A stretch of DNA of 63,647 nt, filler included, from Sphacelaria rigidula (lineage: Eukaryota), in the NCBI GenBank assembly GCA_964200075.2. It is 6 parts of 6 records of this genome, joined end to end, with 100 filler letters (N's around TTAATTAATTAA, not from the genome) between each part and the next. Parts side by side here need not be neighbours in the genome. Positions count along the whole stretch, not along the records: positions 42,503 to 53,025 come from CAXNAA020006338.1; positions 53,126 to 63,647 come from CAXNAA020006339.1; 4 more parts are not named here. The stretch is one strand, 5' to 3'. Positions within the stretch are counted from its first letter, which is position 1, and each line of letters opens with the position of its first letter. The position numbers and the translations under genes are program-made. Below are positions 52,374-63,647 of the stretch, piece after piece. Below the pieces are notes generated by a model. It did not search any database and was not told the DNA's origin. It saw only the letters and a list, made by a program, of their open reading frames with translations.

Positions 52374-53025
52374 CTGGAAAAAACAGCACAAAAAAAAACG
52401 CGGGCGAAATACAACAGTCTGGCTTCGCGCACACTATATCAAGCCAGGTGGGAAGGATAGCACTAAAACGAACTGCCACAGCGGTAGAGTGTGGTATGTG
52501 GTGGGAAACGCCCCGACAAGACCACCAGATTTCGGTCGTACGGGCAAAAATACAACAACCCGTAGGTTCCGTACAGCATTTTGCAATGCCGCATTGGTTA
52601 CGCGAGCTTCATTCTGATATCATGAAAATGCGAAAGACTCATCTTTTCCCCGCGACAACCAACGACATTTCGACAGCACATGATTTGGCGAAACATTCTT
52701 CGATTGATGCGATGAACGAACCAGCCGCCACGCTACGTTTCGAAGTGACACCTACTAGCTGAGCGGAATGGCTACCTCCTTCAGTCTCTTATCTCCCGGT
52801 ACATCTCAACAACAGGACGGGGATAAGATATGTAAGAGGTGTTTGTGCAATGTATGGGAGAAACGTGACGAGCGCCGGAATGTTGGAGGTGTATCTATTA
52901 GGAGTAGGAACGGTGCTCCGTCTCGAAAGGGATGCGTGGTCAATGCTCAAACGACTGAGGCAAGGAACAGATGAGTCCCCGCCCCACCAGCACCGCCCAC
53001 CCAACACCACTGACCACACAGAACC

Positions 53026-53125
53026 NNNNNNNNNNNNNNNNNNNNNNNNNNNNNNNNNNNNNNNNNNNNTTAATTAATTAANNNNNNNNNNNNNNNNNNN
53101 NNNNNNNNNNNNNNNNNNNNNNNNN
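53026..53125. other. artificial scaffold-joining linker
   Basis: N44-TTAATTAATTAA-N44. Confidence 0.98.
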
Positions 53126-54341
53126 ACCAATTTGACACATCACTTGAACGTAACGACGTAGTCAGTCCATTGCAACAAAAAATCCCCTCTTTCAGGAAAA
53201 ACCGATTAGTAGTGCCTAAAACAGTTTCAGTTCCGAAATGCCCCCCCAGGCGTAAAAATGCTTTGTGCGGTATCTCACTAACCAGACCACCGAATTCCTT
53301 GAATGGGGTACTGTACGGTAGCTGCATGCACAGCACGCGTGCTCAAGCAAAAAAAGGGGGGGGGAAGTTGCTTGTTAGAAACGCTAGAGCATCCACTCTG
53401 AATCTGAAACTACCCTCTGAATCTCACGAATATAGTGTTGATTATACACCCTCCTGATACACAAGGCTCTTCATCGATTTGATTGACTGATTGTCACACT
53501 TTTACGGACCCCCCAGGGATCCAGCCGTAGTCACATGATATATTGTACTTACTATGTATCATCCCGACACCATCTTCTTGAGGATTGTGTCCTGAGCACC
53601 ACCTACTGTACCTGCTTCTTTTCCCGATATCTATCGGCCCTGGGACTTTCGAGCGCGAAGGAAGAAGAATATACCACACGAGAAAATTCAGGAATATGCC
53701 TAGCCAAGTAAGAAAATTTCCCCACCGAGCTCTGTATAGCACAGGAAGGGGGGGGAGGGGGATCAATCCTGATCGCTCTCGTGAATATTTTTACCTATTA
53801 TTGATTGCGCTGGAGACGAAAGAAAAACGTGTGTTTCGCACGCAAAACGGTCAATAACACCCCCTGTCAATTCAGCCAGTAAGTCGTTCAACATTGAGCG
53901 CAAATATAATTATTGTTTTTCGGAATATAGAGCGGATTCCTAGAGCCTCCTGATCCCAAACTTCGGGATCAAAGGCCATTGGTATGATCGATAGCACGCG
54001 AAATAAATATTGAAAATCGCTGAGCACGATAGAACAAAAATCCCCTGATTCAGCTGGAAAATACGTGAAGAAGGTGGTGTCCAGTTGTGTAAACTAGGGA
54101 AGAAACAAGATTGGCGATTCTGGCATGGTTTTTCCTCAATGTCGACGACAGCTTCTGGTCGGCAGGGACGGGTAGGGGGGGGGGGGGGGCTTTTTTTTTT
54201 TTAGTTTTTTTTGGTGGGGGGAGCCACAAGCGCCATTAACGCATAAAAACGACAACACCAAATATCCGCGGGNNNNNNNNNNAAGAAGAGTGTGTGGTTT
54301 TGGTGGTTTTTTTTCTCTTGTGGTGGAGGGTGGTTTGGGGT

Positions 54342-54372
<31 letters not shown>

Positions 54373-56121
54373 CTTGCTCTTGTTCAGTCTGATCTGGTGG
54401 CGAGAGCCACAAGCGCCATTAACGCATAAAAGCGACAACACCAAATATCCGCGGGACTGTCATATCTTATTTTCGGAACAAAAAGCCTGGAGAAATGGGG
54501 TCGACATTTCTGGGCTCTTCCGCGCAATCCGAATGAACCATTCTGCAGCAGCCAAACAAAATGGTAATCTGGAACGGAGGAGGAAATCAGAAGATATACT
54601 GCTCGCGTTTCACGTTCGCCAAAAACCTACAGAAAACCTTTCGACCTGCAGCGCACAAAGCGTTGGGGGTGGGATCTGCTCTGAAGGGAGTAAAAGAGGA
54701 CACGGCTTGAGGACGCTTGCGTTGGTCGTTGACGCTTCAGTTCTTGGAGGTGACGGAATCAACCCATATTCCAAGTATAGCATGACACGGGGTATAACAC
54801 CCCTGTATGATGAGTTTTTCCACCTCTATTTTCTGGAGCAGAAGTGTGGTGATCACGCGGTACCCATCATGAGGGTCGAATAGTTTCATCAGATCATGAG
54901 AATCGATTCCTGGGTTTGTCTTTGTGAGCTTGCAGGATCACGCGGTTTTTAGAAGCAATCGAACTCGAGACGGTAGTCACCCCGCCTGGCCTCGACACCT
55001 GCGGACATATGTCGCATTTGGCATGTTGCCCAGATCTAGCCCCCAAACCCATAGCTAGGATAGAGAGGAATGGAAGAGTAGGAACACTTCGCTGTTTCTT
55101 GAAGAGATCCGGTGCTGTTGCTACCGCGTATTGCCCCTTGTGAATGTCGTCTGCTTGTTGATCAGTAACTGCTCTTATACGGTAGCTGTATACTTGTGCT
55201 GTTGTTTCTACTAATTCACTACTATTGTACAGTCTGTAAAAATACTTTCATTCTTACAAGTATGCAAACTATGTCGTATCCAAATGTTGGTACGCACATG
55301 TCTCTTGAGGGCGAGTTGAACTTGCCTGACTCCCCTACTGCACCCCGGTGTTGTACAACAGTACTACTGTGCGCCGGCTGCCAACGAACACTGCATGATA
55401 CAGCTCGGTAACCCAGTATCGTTAACGTTCAGGGGTGGGTTGAGTTTGGTTGTGTGACCCGCTTGCGCGCACGCGCGTGTGTGGATACGTGTGCGGGTGT
55501 TGGTGTGGGTGTTGTGAAACGGTCACCTGGTGAAATCTGTTCTACCCGTGTGTTGGCTTAGCCACGTGATAGCCTCCACCACATATATTACCGCCGGGGT
55601 GTTCTCTGGATGCCTGGTATAATGATCGGTGAGTACTATTCACGTGAGTGCGCATTGCCTCGCAGACTCTAATAAACTACAGGCAGTACAGTACGGCATC
55701 GTCATCTCTACATCTTGAAGTGAGGTCGTGTCTTCAACCTTCGGCGTCCAGCGATGTGTCTACATAATAGTGTCACCATCGTATCACCAACTGAGAATCT
55801 ATAGTGTCCCCATTTTTTTCGCGGGGTACGACTTGCCTGATCGTCAAAGAATGCTTCCCGGTTCAACAGTGCTTGTCCCTAGCAAAAATCAAGGTCAGGC
55901 AACAGGCCTGCCGTGAGTGGAGTCATAACATTGATGTTTGATCGATGGAATAACCTGTTGTTACCCTGCAGATCGCCATCTAAGGTTTGCGCATGGTTAG
56001 TGTAAGACATTTTAACACCTCCCTCCCCCCGAAGAGAGGATCGGGTGAAATCATGAGAACCGATGATGGAACTGTTGTGGTTCACTACTGTCGTGTATCT
56101 GTGTCGTTATCTCATGTATTG

Positions 56122-56330
56122 TGGACGCCAGTCTAGACCTTTCGGTATATGTGTGAGCGCATCAGCCGGGGTCGCACAGGAGGAAGGTCAACACAGGAAT
56201 TTGTTGGATTTCTTGTCTTCGAACTCCGCCTCTCTTTCTGCGTTGCTTGCCTTGGCTTTCATCGCGGGAGCGGGAGCGGTTCAGCGGTTCCTCTGCCCAG
56301 GGTGGGTTCAGCGGTTTGTGTCCCTATGAT
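56122..56330 (-). mobile_element. SINE family B, body and 3' portion
   Basis: Matches 21061-21152 and 21253-21350. Confidence 0.7.
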
Positions 56331-56333
56331 ACA

Positions 56334-56537
56334 TGGTTGACACATTTTACAACTAACTATCGCTACCCCTAACCTCAACACCAACCCAAGGAGTACCGAG
56401 AACCCTCGGGTGAGGGAGGTACATGAGGTTCCCCAGGCAAAGTGCGGCCTTGGTAGACCCCAAATCGGCGCCTGTGGCGCCAATTCGAACGAAAAACGCG
56501 TTCTGCCCACGCAAGGAGCATTCGAGACTGTCAGCCC
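56334..56537. mobile_element. ~200-bp MITE-like repeat with telomere-like CCCTAA motif, copy 1
   Basis: Ends ggttgaca / tgtcagcc; nearly collinear with 63361-63563. Confidence 0.75.
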
Positions 56538-56540
56538 CAC

Positions 56541-57424
56541 TTGACCCTTAGACGACGAGAGTAGGTCATCTGTTGAATCTGCATCAACTTCACTTGAAAA
56601 ATGTATAATAGTGCCAGTCGAGTAGAGTATCCTGAATTGCGGGGTATATCGAAAGACGTACTTGAGATACTCAAGTTAGGGTGGAGTGTTAGAAGTCGTA
56701 CCCTGAAAAATAACTGGGAAGCGATTCCTAAAACCTTACCCTCAATTTGTGTACTTGAAGTACGACTTTCAAAATACCCCGCAATTGAGTATACTCTTCT
56801 CGACCCCCCCTTGAAGGTATGCGTGGTCGAGATGGACTACCCTCGCGGTCTGAAGGTGAACCCTTCGACCGATTTGTATGGCAACCAATCCGTATTTGAA
56901 CAAATACGAGGATTTCAGCCCGTCTCCAGCGGATTTTCTCCCGTGGATTGATTTTTCGGATCCCAGTCCGTGAGCAATGTTTTCCGCCTAGCTCTGAGGA
57001 AACCAGATCAATTTTCCGATTCTCTGGACGCGGACTTTTGGTTTGTCACCTTTCTGCTCAGATCGAGACACTCCCGCATCTCCCCCGATTAGGACGCACG
57101 GGAGTCTCCCGATCTGAGCAGAATGGTGATGAACCAAAAGTCAGCGTCCAGAGAATCGGAGAATTGATCTGGTTTCCTCAGAGCTTTAATGGGCGAAAAA
57201 CATTGCCCAACGGACTGGGATCCGAAACACCAATCCACGTGAGGAAATCGGACGTAGACGGGCTGAAATCCTCGTATTTGTACAAATACGGATTGGTTGC
57301 CATACAAAACGGTCTTAGACCGCGGTGCGGGTAGTCCATCTGATTTACTCATACTTTTTTTGAACTGAAAAGTAGTGATGCCTGATTCAGGAGAGGTGAC
57401 CTACCCTCGGTGTCCAACGGTTGA
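56541..57424. mobile_element. nested palindromic (foldback) element cluster with piggyBac-like CCCTT ends
   Basis: Inner arms 56867-57076 / 57099-57314 with a 22-nt loop. Outer arms are inverted copies of the gtaggtca...ggactaccc repeat. A second foldback (56617-56804) is inserted in the left outer arm. Confidence 0.85.
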
Positions 57425-57499
57425 GATCCGATTCTCGTTATTTACCCTCAAATCAAGTAATTTCAACTGTGAACATATGGTATCCCAACGCCGGTTAAC

Positions 57500-57685
57500 T
57501 CTACTGCTTTGCGTCGTACTCCGTGAAATCGAACTTTGTGTACCTACCCACGACAACTTCATTCTCTACTGCTGGGGAAGGTATAAAAAAGACTCTCAGA
57601 TCGCGCGACTTCACCGAGATCCGAATTCACGTCACAACCGTCAGAAGGTTCCAAGGTTACCAGCTGAACCACCAAGTCCACCGGC
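57500..57685 (-). mobile_element. SINE family B head, diverged
   Basis: ccgagatccgaattcac...ccgtcagaaggtt...ccaccggc matches 21441-21513. Confidence 0.7.
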
Positions 57686-58263
57686 CGTAAAACTGATCAC
57701 AACGTACGAGCTGAGCCAGCCTAAACACGGATTTGAGCTCTCACAGCCATATCTTATCGACACAGACGAGTGGGGTCATGATCCGCATATCGTATTAATC
57801 GTCTAATCAAGGGGAAGGTGTCCATCTTCTCAAAAGTCTGGACCAACATTTTCTCGATGAGTAAACTCCATGTCTAGTAATTCCTATACCATACGGAGAT
57901 GGCGTCCATACTAATATACCAACTATATGAAACCCCGAATGATACATTCAGTAGATGACGATTTTTTGTGTGGATATTCCCTGGAGCACGGAGAGACGAT
58001 AGATACCCTCACCTTCACCTAATTCGTCATCTATTCCGAGGTGGCGCACATACGGTTCTATACTAAAATCGACATATCATGGGTAGAGGCAGTGGATGAA
58101 CTCAATCTGAATATCGCGTCTCAGTTTTCGAGAGTTGTGCTATGAAATCTCGTCTGGAGAACCTCTAGCGCACAATTATTCACAACAATCAGCTTTATTC
58201 ATTTTTCTTCAATTTATGTGTTTTCAACCCTTTTGGGCCCGACCCCCCACTAACACAGGGTCA

Positions 58264-58570
58264 ACCCTGTGTTAGTAAATAATAAAAAGTAAGTTTTCGA
58301 GCGACCTGCCCAATCATGGCGAGGCGAAATTTATGGACCAGACCCGAACGACCAGCGCGGGGATTGTTGACGAGTGCGATGCCACTGCAAATATCGTGTG
58401 GGGGCCCCATCCCTGGCCCAGATAAGCTCTCCCAGGTTTCCAAGTGCAGGGCGATCGATACTTGGTTTTATGGTATTACTTGCACTCAGTATAGCGTTCC
58501 CGAGTTTTCCAGGAGGGTTTTTTGGGTCACAATTTTATACTAAAACGTAGTAATCAGACTAACACAGGGT
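58264..58570. mobile_element. 307-bp MITE with perfect 13-bp TIR
   Basis: ACCCTGTGTTAGT ... ACTAACACAGGGT. Confidence 0.7.
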
Positions 58571-61500
58571 GGAGCGGGAAAAAACGGGAAATATGCTACA
58601 TGCTACAATGTGGTCATTTTTACGAGGCACTAAACCAAGGTGGGCCGGCCGTGGAAAGACGAAAGGAGCTTCCGTCATGAAATCTGCTTATCCCTCTGCC
58701 GATGACTTGCGGTGTGCAGTCAACATGTATGTAGTGAGCGGGGATGAAAAAGCGGTACATACGCAGTTGATCTCGGTAGCTGAGAATTGCTCAGAATTTG
58801 CAACGGAGTATGCAGCGGCAGCTCCTGCTTCAGTCGGAGAGGCGTATTACATTGTACTGTACTATACTGTTGTATGCATGCACGCCGCAACGCAGATACC
58901 CTTCGAAGAGAATTTGCCGCATGTAACAAAGAGGGAAATGACCGCCCACCCCGACCACAACGGGCGGCGTAGCAAGGTGATGGGGACAATAGTACAATGC
59001 AAAGCCACGAGTGGCGGGCGGCCCGCCGGTCGCCGCATCCTGTTGGAAGCTCTCTACCGCGACCCATACTGCTTGCTACATCAGATGTACACTACCTAAT
59101 GCGCACCCTGCACCTGAAAATAGTTTGGATGGAACTTTCGGTCTTCGTCATTCCCTGCGGTTACATGAGAGGATTCTCAGCAACACGCCACTGCTTCGTG
59201 CAGACGCCAGACACGTCATTCCTAACCAGCCTCATTGGTCGTTCTGGAGGCCCCTTCCCAAAAGGGTTCAGGGAGTGTTGAGGAGACGTAAGCATTTCTC
59301 TTGGGCCTTATCTCGATTATTTAGATCAATTTTTATAATTGTGATTTGAAACTTAGCATGGAGAACCACAGAGGTATGCTCAATAAAAAAAAAAATGGGC
59401 CTTCATTTTTGGGGGGGGGGAGGGAAGGTTCGGGTGATATCGTAAAAAAATGGTCGTTGCCATACTAAAACGCCCTAAACCAGTGAATAAATAAATGAAT
59501 ACCAACCTGCCCCGTATTTCTTGATTCATCATGACCTAGCGAGGTCCCGCACAAAATTTCAATGCATAAACACCAAACGTGGGCCGGTAATCGGCCTGCA
59601 AAATGATGTTCCGAATTTCCACTGGCCCGGTTTTGAGAAGCCAGTTCGCAATTTAGTACTCGGAGTTGGACCCTGAAATTTGGTACTGTATGGACAATAA
59701 ACAGGGTACGATAAATATATATATATATATATATATGCATGGACCTGAAGATTTTTTTTTGTTCATGAGTTAAAGGCAATGATCAGTTTTCAAGTTTCAG
59801 TAAAATTCTGTTAATTAAAATAAAAAAAAATAGGTCCATGCATAATTTTTTCTTCATGCCCTTTTGATTGTCTATACCATTTTCAGTGTCCAACTCTAAG
59901 TATTAAATTGCGAATAAGCCTGCAGACTCCAATCCGCCTCTAGGCTGGCCTAGCTTGTACGAGCTGGGTGAGTCGTGAAACGTGAAGTTCTCAGCACACA
60001 GCGACTTCTTCAATTTCCCGAATCAGCCCGGTATAAGCATGCCGCTGTGATTTGCGGACCAACCTAGTTATGCACGCACGGCTTCGCCGCTGTTCGACCG
60101 GCGCAGTTTCGGCTATGACGTTGTTGTATTGCATTGAGTGCCGGGTACGTCTCGTACCCCGCGCCTTGTTTTTTTATTCCGATTACATCCGACCGAGTCA
60201 TGAAGTTGCATAAAATATTTATGACCGGCGTGTAAAAAGAAAAGGTGTCGATTTCGTCAACTGCACCGATTGTGAAGAGACTGCTTCTGTAACTGTGCCG
60301 GATTTTGTCGGATCGACGGAGCAGACGCGGTATAATTGTCCAATTGTTCCCGCGACCGAGTAAGAGCTTGAATCTTTGCCGAGGGTGCGTCGGCGGTATT
60401 ATCCATCATTTAGACCAAACACAGAAACTAGAAAATTGTCCAGGATCTAGAAAAATTGTCACTATTTTGGTTTCAGGGCCCTTATTAACGGTTTTTTTTT
60501 CATACTTTCGTTTCTTTCCACCCATTTTCGTCCAGATTTCATGATGAAATAAGTTGATAAAAATGGGTGAAAATGAGCGAAAAAAGATGGAAATACTATG
60601 GTACAAGAATGTGTTGTTCATACAGTACATAAACCGGTGCTTCGGCAGTTGTGGACTTGGATAGACCGGCCGCTTCGCCACCAGACTGTTGAATACTTTT
60701 CAAATCCTTGACACCCGAGGGCAGGTAGAAGTACGGATCTCGACAATACAATCATTTTTTTAAGTGAAAATCAACAAACGTCGATTCAACGGATGGCCCA
60801 CCCTAGCGGTGATGAAGTTTTAGCAACATTGGACCGCGTTAACCGACCGTGTTTCGGAAAAGTATAACATAGACTGAGATGACAACCCAGGAGCGTTCAG
60901 GGGTTTTCCAGCTTGTTTGTTATGGGGGTAGGAGAGCTCCCCAGGTTGTCGGAGGAAGCTTTTTCAGATCAACCATTCGTGTTGCCGGGAAAATTTTAGA
61001 ATGCTCAACTTGATGGTTCTGATTGATCGAGATGGTCGTGATATTTGCCCGTACACTTACCCAATGTTGCCGCTTGACGGGCGGTTCAGGTCTCGTCGAC
61101 TTTTTGAGCATCGACCGCTCGACCATTGAGGCCCGCACGAAGCGGAAGGAAATTATTTTTTTGTCTGTGCCGGGTTTTTGTCGCGTGCGTGACCTCCGTT
61201 TGCTTTGTCGAGATGGCACTACACGAGTGTTGCACCCCGCGCGAATGTTCATGATTATCATCATTTCCGTCACGTTAGCTCCATCTCTCGAACCCGTGGT
61301 GACAGAGTGCTAGGAAAATACCATCCAAACTAACGAACCACGAAGTCAACAGAGGAAACCTAGAAACGAAAATTCTACGAAATAATATTTTTTTTGCCTA
61401 CACTGCGAATAATCCCTGATTGAACGATCGAAACGACAGAGAACCCATTGGGCGCTAAAGAAACGTCCCAGCGTGCAACCTCTTTGACTACCTTTGCCAT

Positions 61501-61661
61501 GCTCTGGCGAATGCGGGATATTGAAGCGTCACATAGAACAGGAACCAACCCCAAATAGGTATGCTGTCTAGGGTGCTGTTCAAAGATATCCTCTCGTACT
61601 ACAGAGCCTGCGCAATAGGGACCGAACAACATCAGGTTAGAATATCCGAACCACATCCTGG

Positions 61662-61880
61662 GTTATTATTATTATTACTATTATTTCCGCACATAAGTCC
61701 GATCTAGCGAACCCGTGGTCGCAGACGTAGACTCGTCTTTCCAATACCGTCCGTGCTATTCCTCACAAGATATGTTGCCAAAAATAAAAATAAGAAGTGA
61801 GACGCCACGAAAACATGTGAGAAGTAGCTCCCCGAGTTCAAATGGGAAAAAAAGAAGAAAGAACGACAACGTCAGATCTG
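61662..61880 (-). mobile_element. non-LTR retroposon 3' end with short (AAT)n tail
   Basis: Reverse complement of 45300-45530. Confidence 0.8.
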
Positions 61881-62920
61881 CCAAAAAGAAAAAAAGTGCA
61901 CCGAAGTATATGATGACAATACGAAGGATATGGTCAATGGATACAATAGACCGAAAATGTACTGGCTTAAACGTAGGTCTATTGCAACTATTGTCGACCG
62001 ATAATAGATGCAGTAGGCCTACTTCCCCTGTCCCATAAGTCTGGTCGGTCATGGGTGTTTTTTTGTTTGGGTGGAACGGTGTTGGCGATTACCCTACAGT
62101 TGGGTTCTATAGAAAGATAAAACGCAGACGCAGCGGATAAAACAAAAAAAAAGTTCGTTTTCAATATTAAAATTAGGTCAGAATATACCCCATTTTGGCC
62201 ATTTTTTAGAATTTTCATGACCAAACACTCCGAAAGATGGACGATAACGACTTTGGTGTGGAGCATACCGGGGTGAGGGTACGGCATAGGGCGGGGACGT
62301 TGGAAAAGGTGATCAGATACGATGCGGATGCCTTTAAAAGGGCTTGGGACTTCCTGGCTGAGGGCGAGGACGGTTAATATACACTTTTTTTTCCCAACAC
62401 TTTTTTGCCCCTGATAAAGGGGCGAAATACGGCCATTTTTTTACCGACTGATTTTTTTGCGGCCGTTCGGCCGCATGGTTCGACAGCGTGCTGCCAAAAA
62501 CAAAATGTCGTTCCACATAAAAAAACAGCGAAGAAATAGAAAAAAAACATTGAAAATCAGATCGGACGACGCTAAGGGCTCGTATAAACATAACCGACCA
62601 GACTTATGGGACAGAGGAAGTATACTCAACCCAGTACACTTCTTGTCTATTGCATCTGCTGACCGTATATTGTCCAGGGTATGATCCAGACAGACCAACA
62701 TTTCACGAACGTACGTATAATGATTGAAATCGCAACTGCGTGTGTCTTTTCTTTCCCGAGATAAATTTTGCTCTTTGCAACTCTTGAAACTGTTTGAAAA
62801 TTCCTCGCGGCATCAAATGGATAGAGAATAGGAACATCCGGGCGGCCTCTCTGGCCAAAGTCTGTCGTCGGATGTCACCTTGATTTCGTTCTTGCGTGGC
62901 TTTTTTTACGTTATTGTATG

Positions 62921-63243
62921 CACACCATAGACAATATGTGCTCAGTAGTTGCGATAGAAGAAAAAATTACTTGCGTAAAGTGTGCCCCTATTGCGCCTAC
63001 TGTCGAACCGTCCGACGGTGGGTGCAGTAGGCTTAGAGTTGACGTACTTCATTTTTTTTTCACAACTATTGACACAGTGTCGTCCGACAATGGGTGCAGT
63101 AGTCTTATACTACACGCAGTACATGTCTTTCTATTGCAACGATTGACCACATAGTGTCGTTCGACAATGGGTGCAATAGACATATACTATACGCAGTACA
63201 GTTTTTTCTACTGCAACTATTGACCGCATGGTGTCCAGGGTGT
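62921..63243. mobile_element. MITE with ~42-bp imperfect TIRs and internal tandem duplication
   Basis: cacacc...tagttgcgatagaa / ttctactgcaacta...ggtgtg; cgacaatgggtgca and acgcagtaca units are repeated internally. Confidence 0.7.
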
Positions 63244-63360
63244 GACGGGTGTGAAGTTTTGTCGTTTCATCCACGACCTTGAATCAATCCGCCGGGTTAA
63301 GACGAGACGGGTAAGATTTATAGAGGCTAGTTATAACCGGCGTTGGGCTACAAATGTCCA

Positions 63361-63563
63361 TGGTTAACACATTTTACAAAGTATCGCTACCCCTAACCCT
63401 AACCCCAACCCAACGCATACCGGGAACACTCGGGTGAGGGAGGTACATGAGGTTCCCCAGGCAAAGTGCGGCCTTGGTAGTAGTCCCCAAGTCGGCGTCT
63501 GTGGCGCCGATTTCAATGCAAATGCGTTCTGCCCGCGCGAGGAGCACACGGGACTGTCAGCCC
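63361..63563. mobile_element. ~200-bp MITE-like repeat with CCCTAACCCTAA, copy 2
   Basis: Collinear with 56334-56537. Confidence 0.75.
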
Positions 63564-63647
63564 TATTATTATTTTTTTCCTCACACTTTGAACCCCTCCC
63601 CTTCCTCGGGGTGAGTCCGTGGTCTCAAGGGATCAACCCATCTCTCC
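63564..63647 (-). mobile_element. SINE family A 3' end, truncated by scaffold end
   Basis: Reverse complement of ~33655-33737. Confidence 0.85.

Noticed and set aside
54176..54455. Direct repeat flanking the 10-N gap (similar case at 40590-40750)
   Set aside because: The same sequence appears on both sides of a gap next to poly-G, indicating an unmerged overlap artefact.
58569..59349. Overlapping plus-strand ORFs as a decayed transposase
   Set aside because: No recognisable motif; cannot be supported without a homology search.

Overview
Eukaryotic, repeat-rich DNA, most likely from a brown alga (Phaeophyceae). This is inferred from short GT-AG exons in multi-kb introns, TTAGGG telomere motifs and a plant/algal-type fused HisHF; the taxon is not proven. 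The window is not one locus. It is six scaffolds of decreasing length (10526, 10526, 10526, 10524, 10523, 10522 bp) joined by artificial N44-TTAATTAATTAA-N44 linkers, so nothing should be inferred across linkers. Confident genes: two exons of the MCM9 helicase (minus strand, scaffold 4) and three in-frame exons of imidazole glycerol phosphate synthase HisHF/His7 (minus strand, scaffold 5). A few exons of unidentified proteins are plausible. The rest is mostly non-autonomous mobile DNA: two tRNA-derived SINE families, a C-tailed dispersed repeat, retroposon 3' ends with microsatellite tails, and many TIR/foldback MITEs. The most notable structures are a MITE carrying (TTAGGG)n, a CAAGGG-terminated element with a perfect 7-bp TSD inside a satellite, a ~880-bp nested palindrome, a long intronic hairpin in His7 and a decayed intronless coding region in scaffold 2. 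I cannot support a complete new multi-gene system, and there is no CRISPR array or rRNA.
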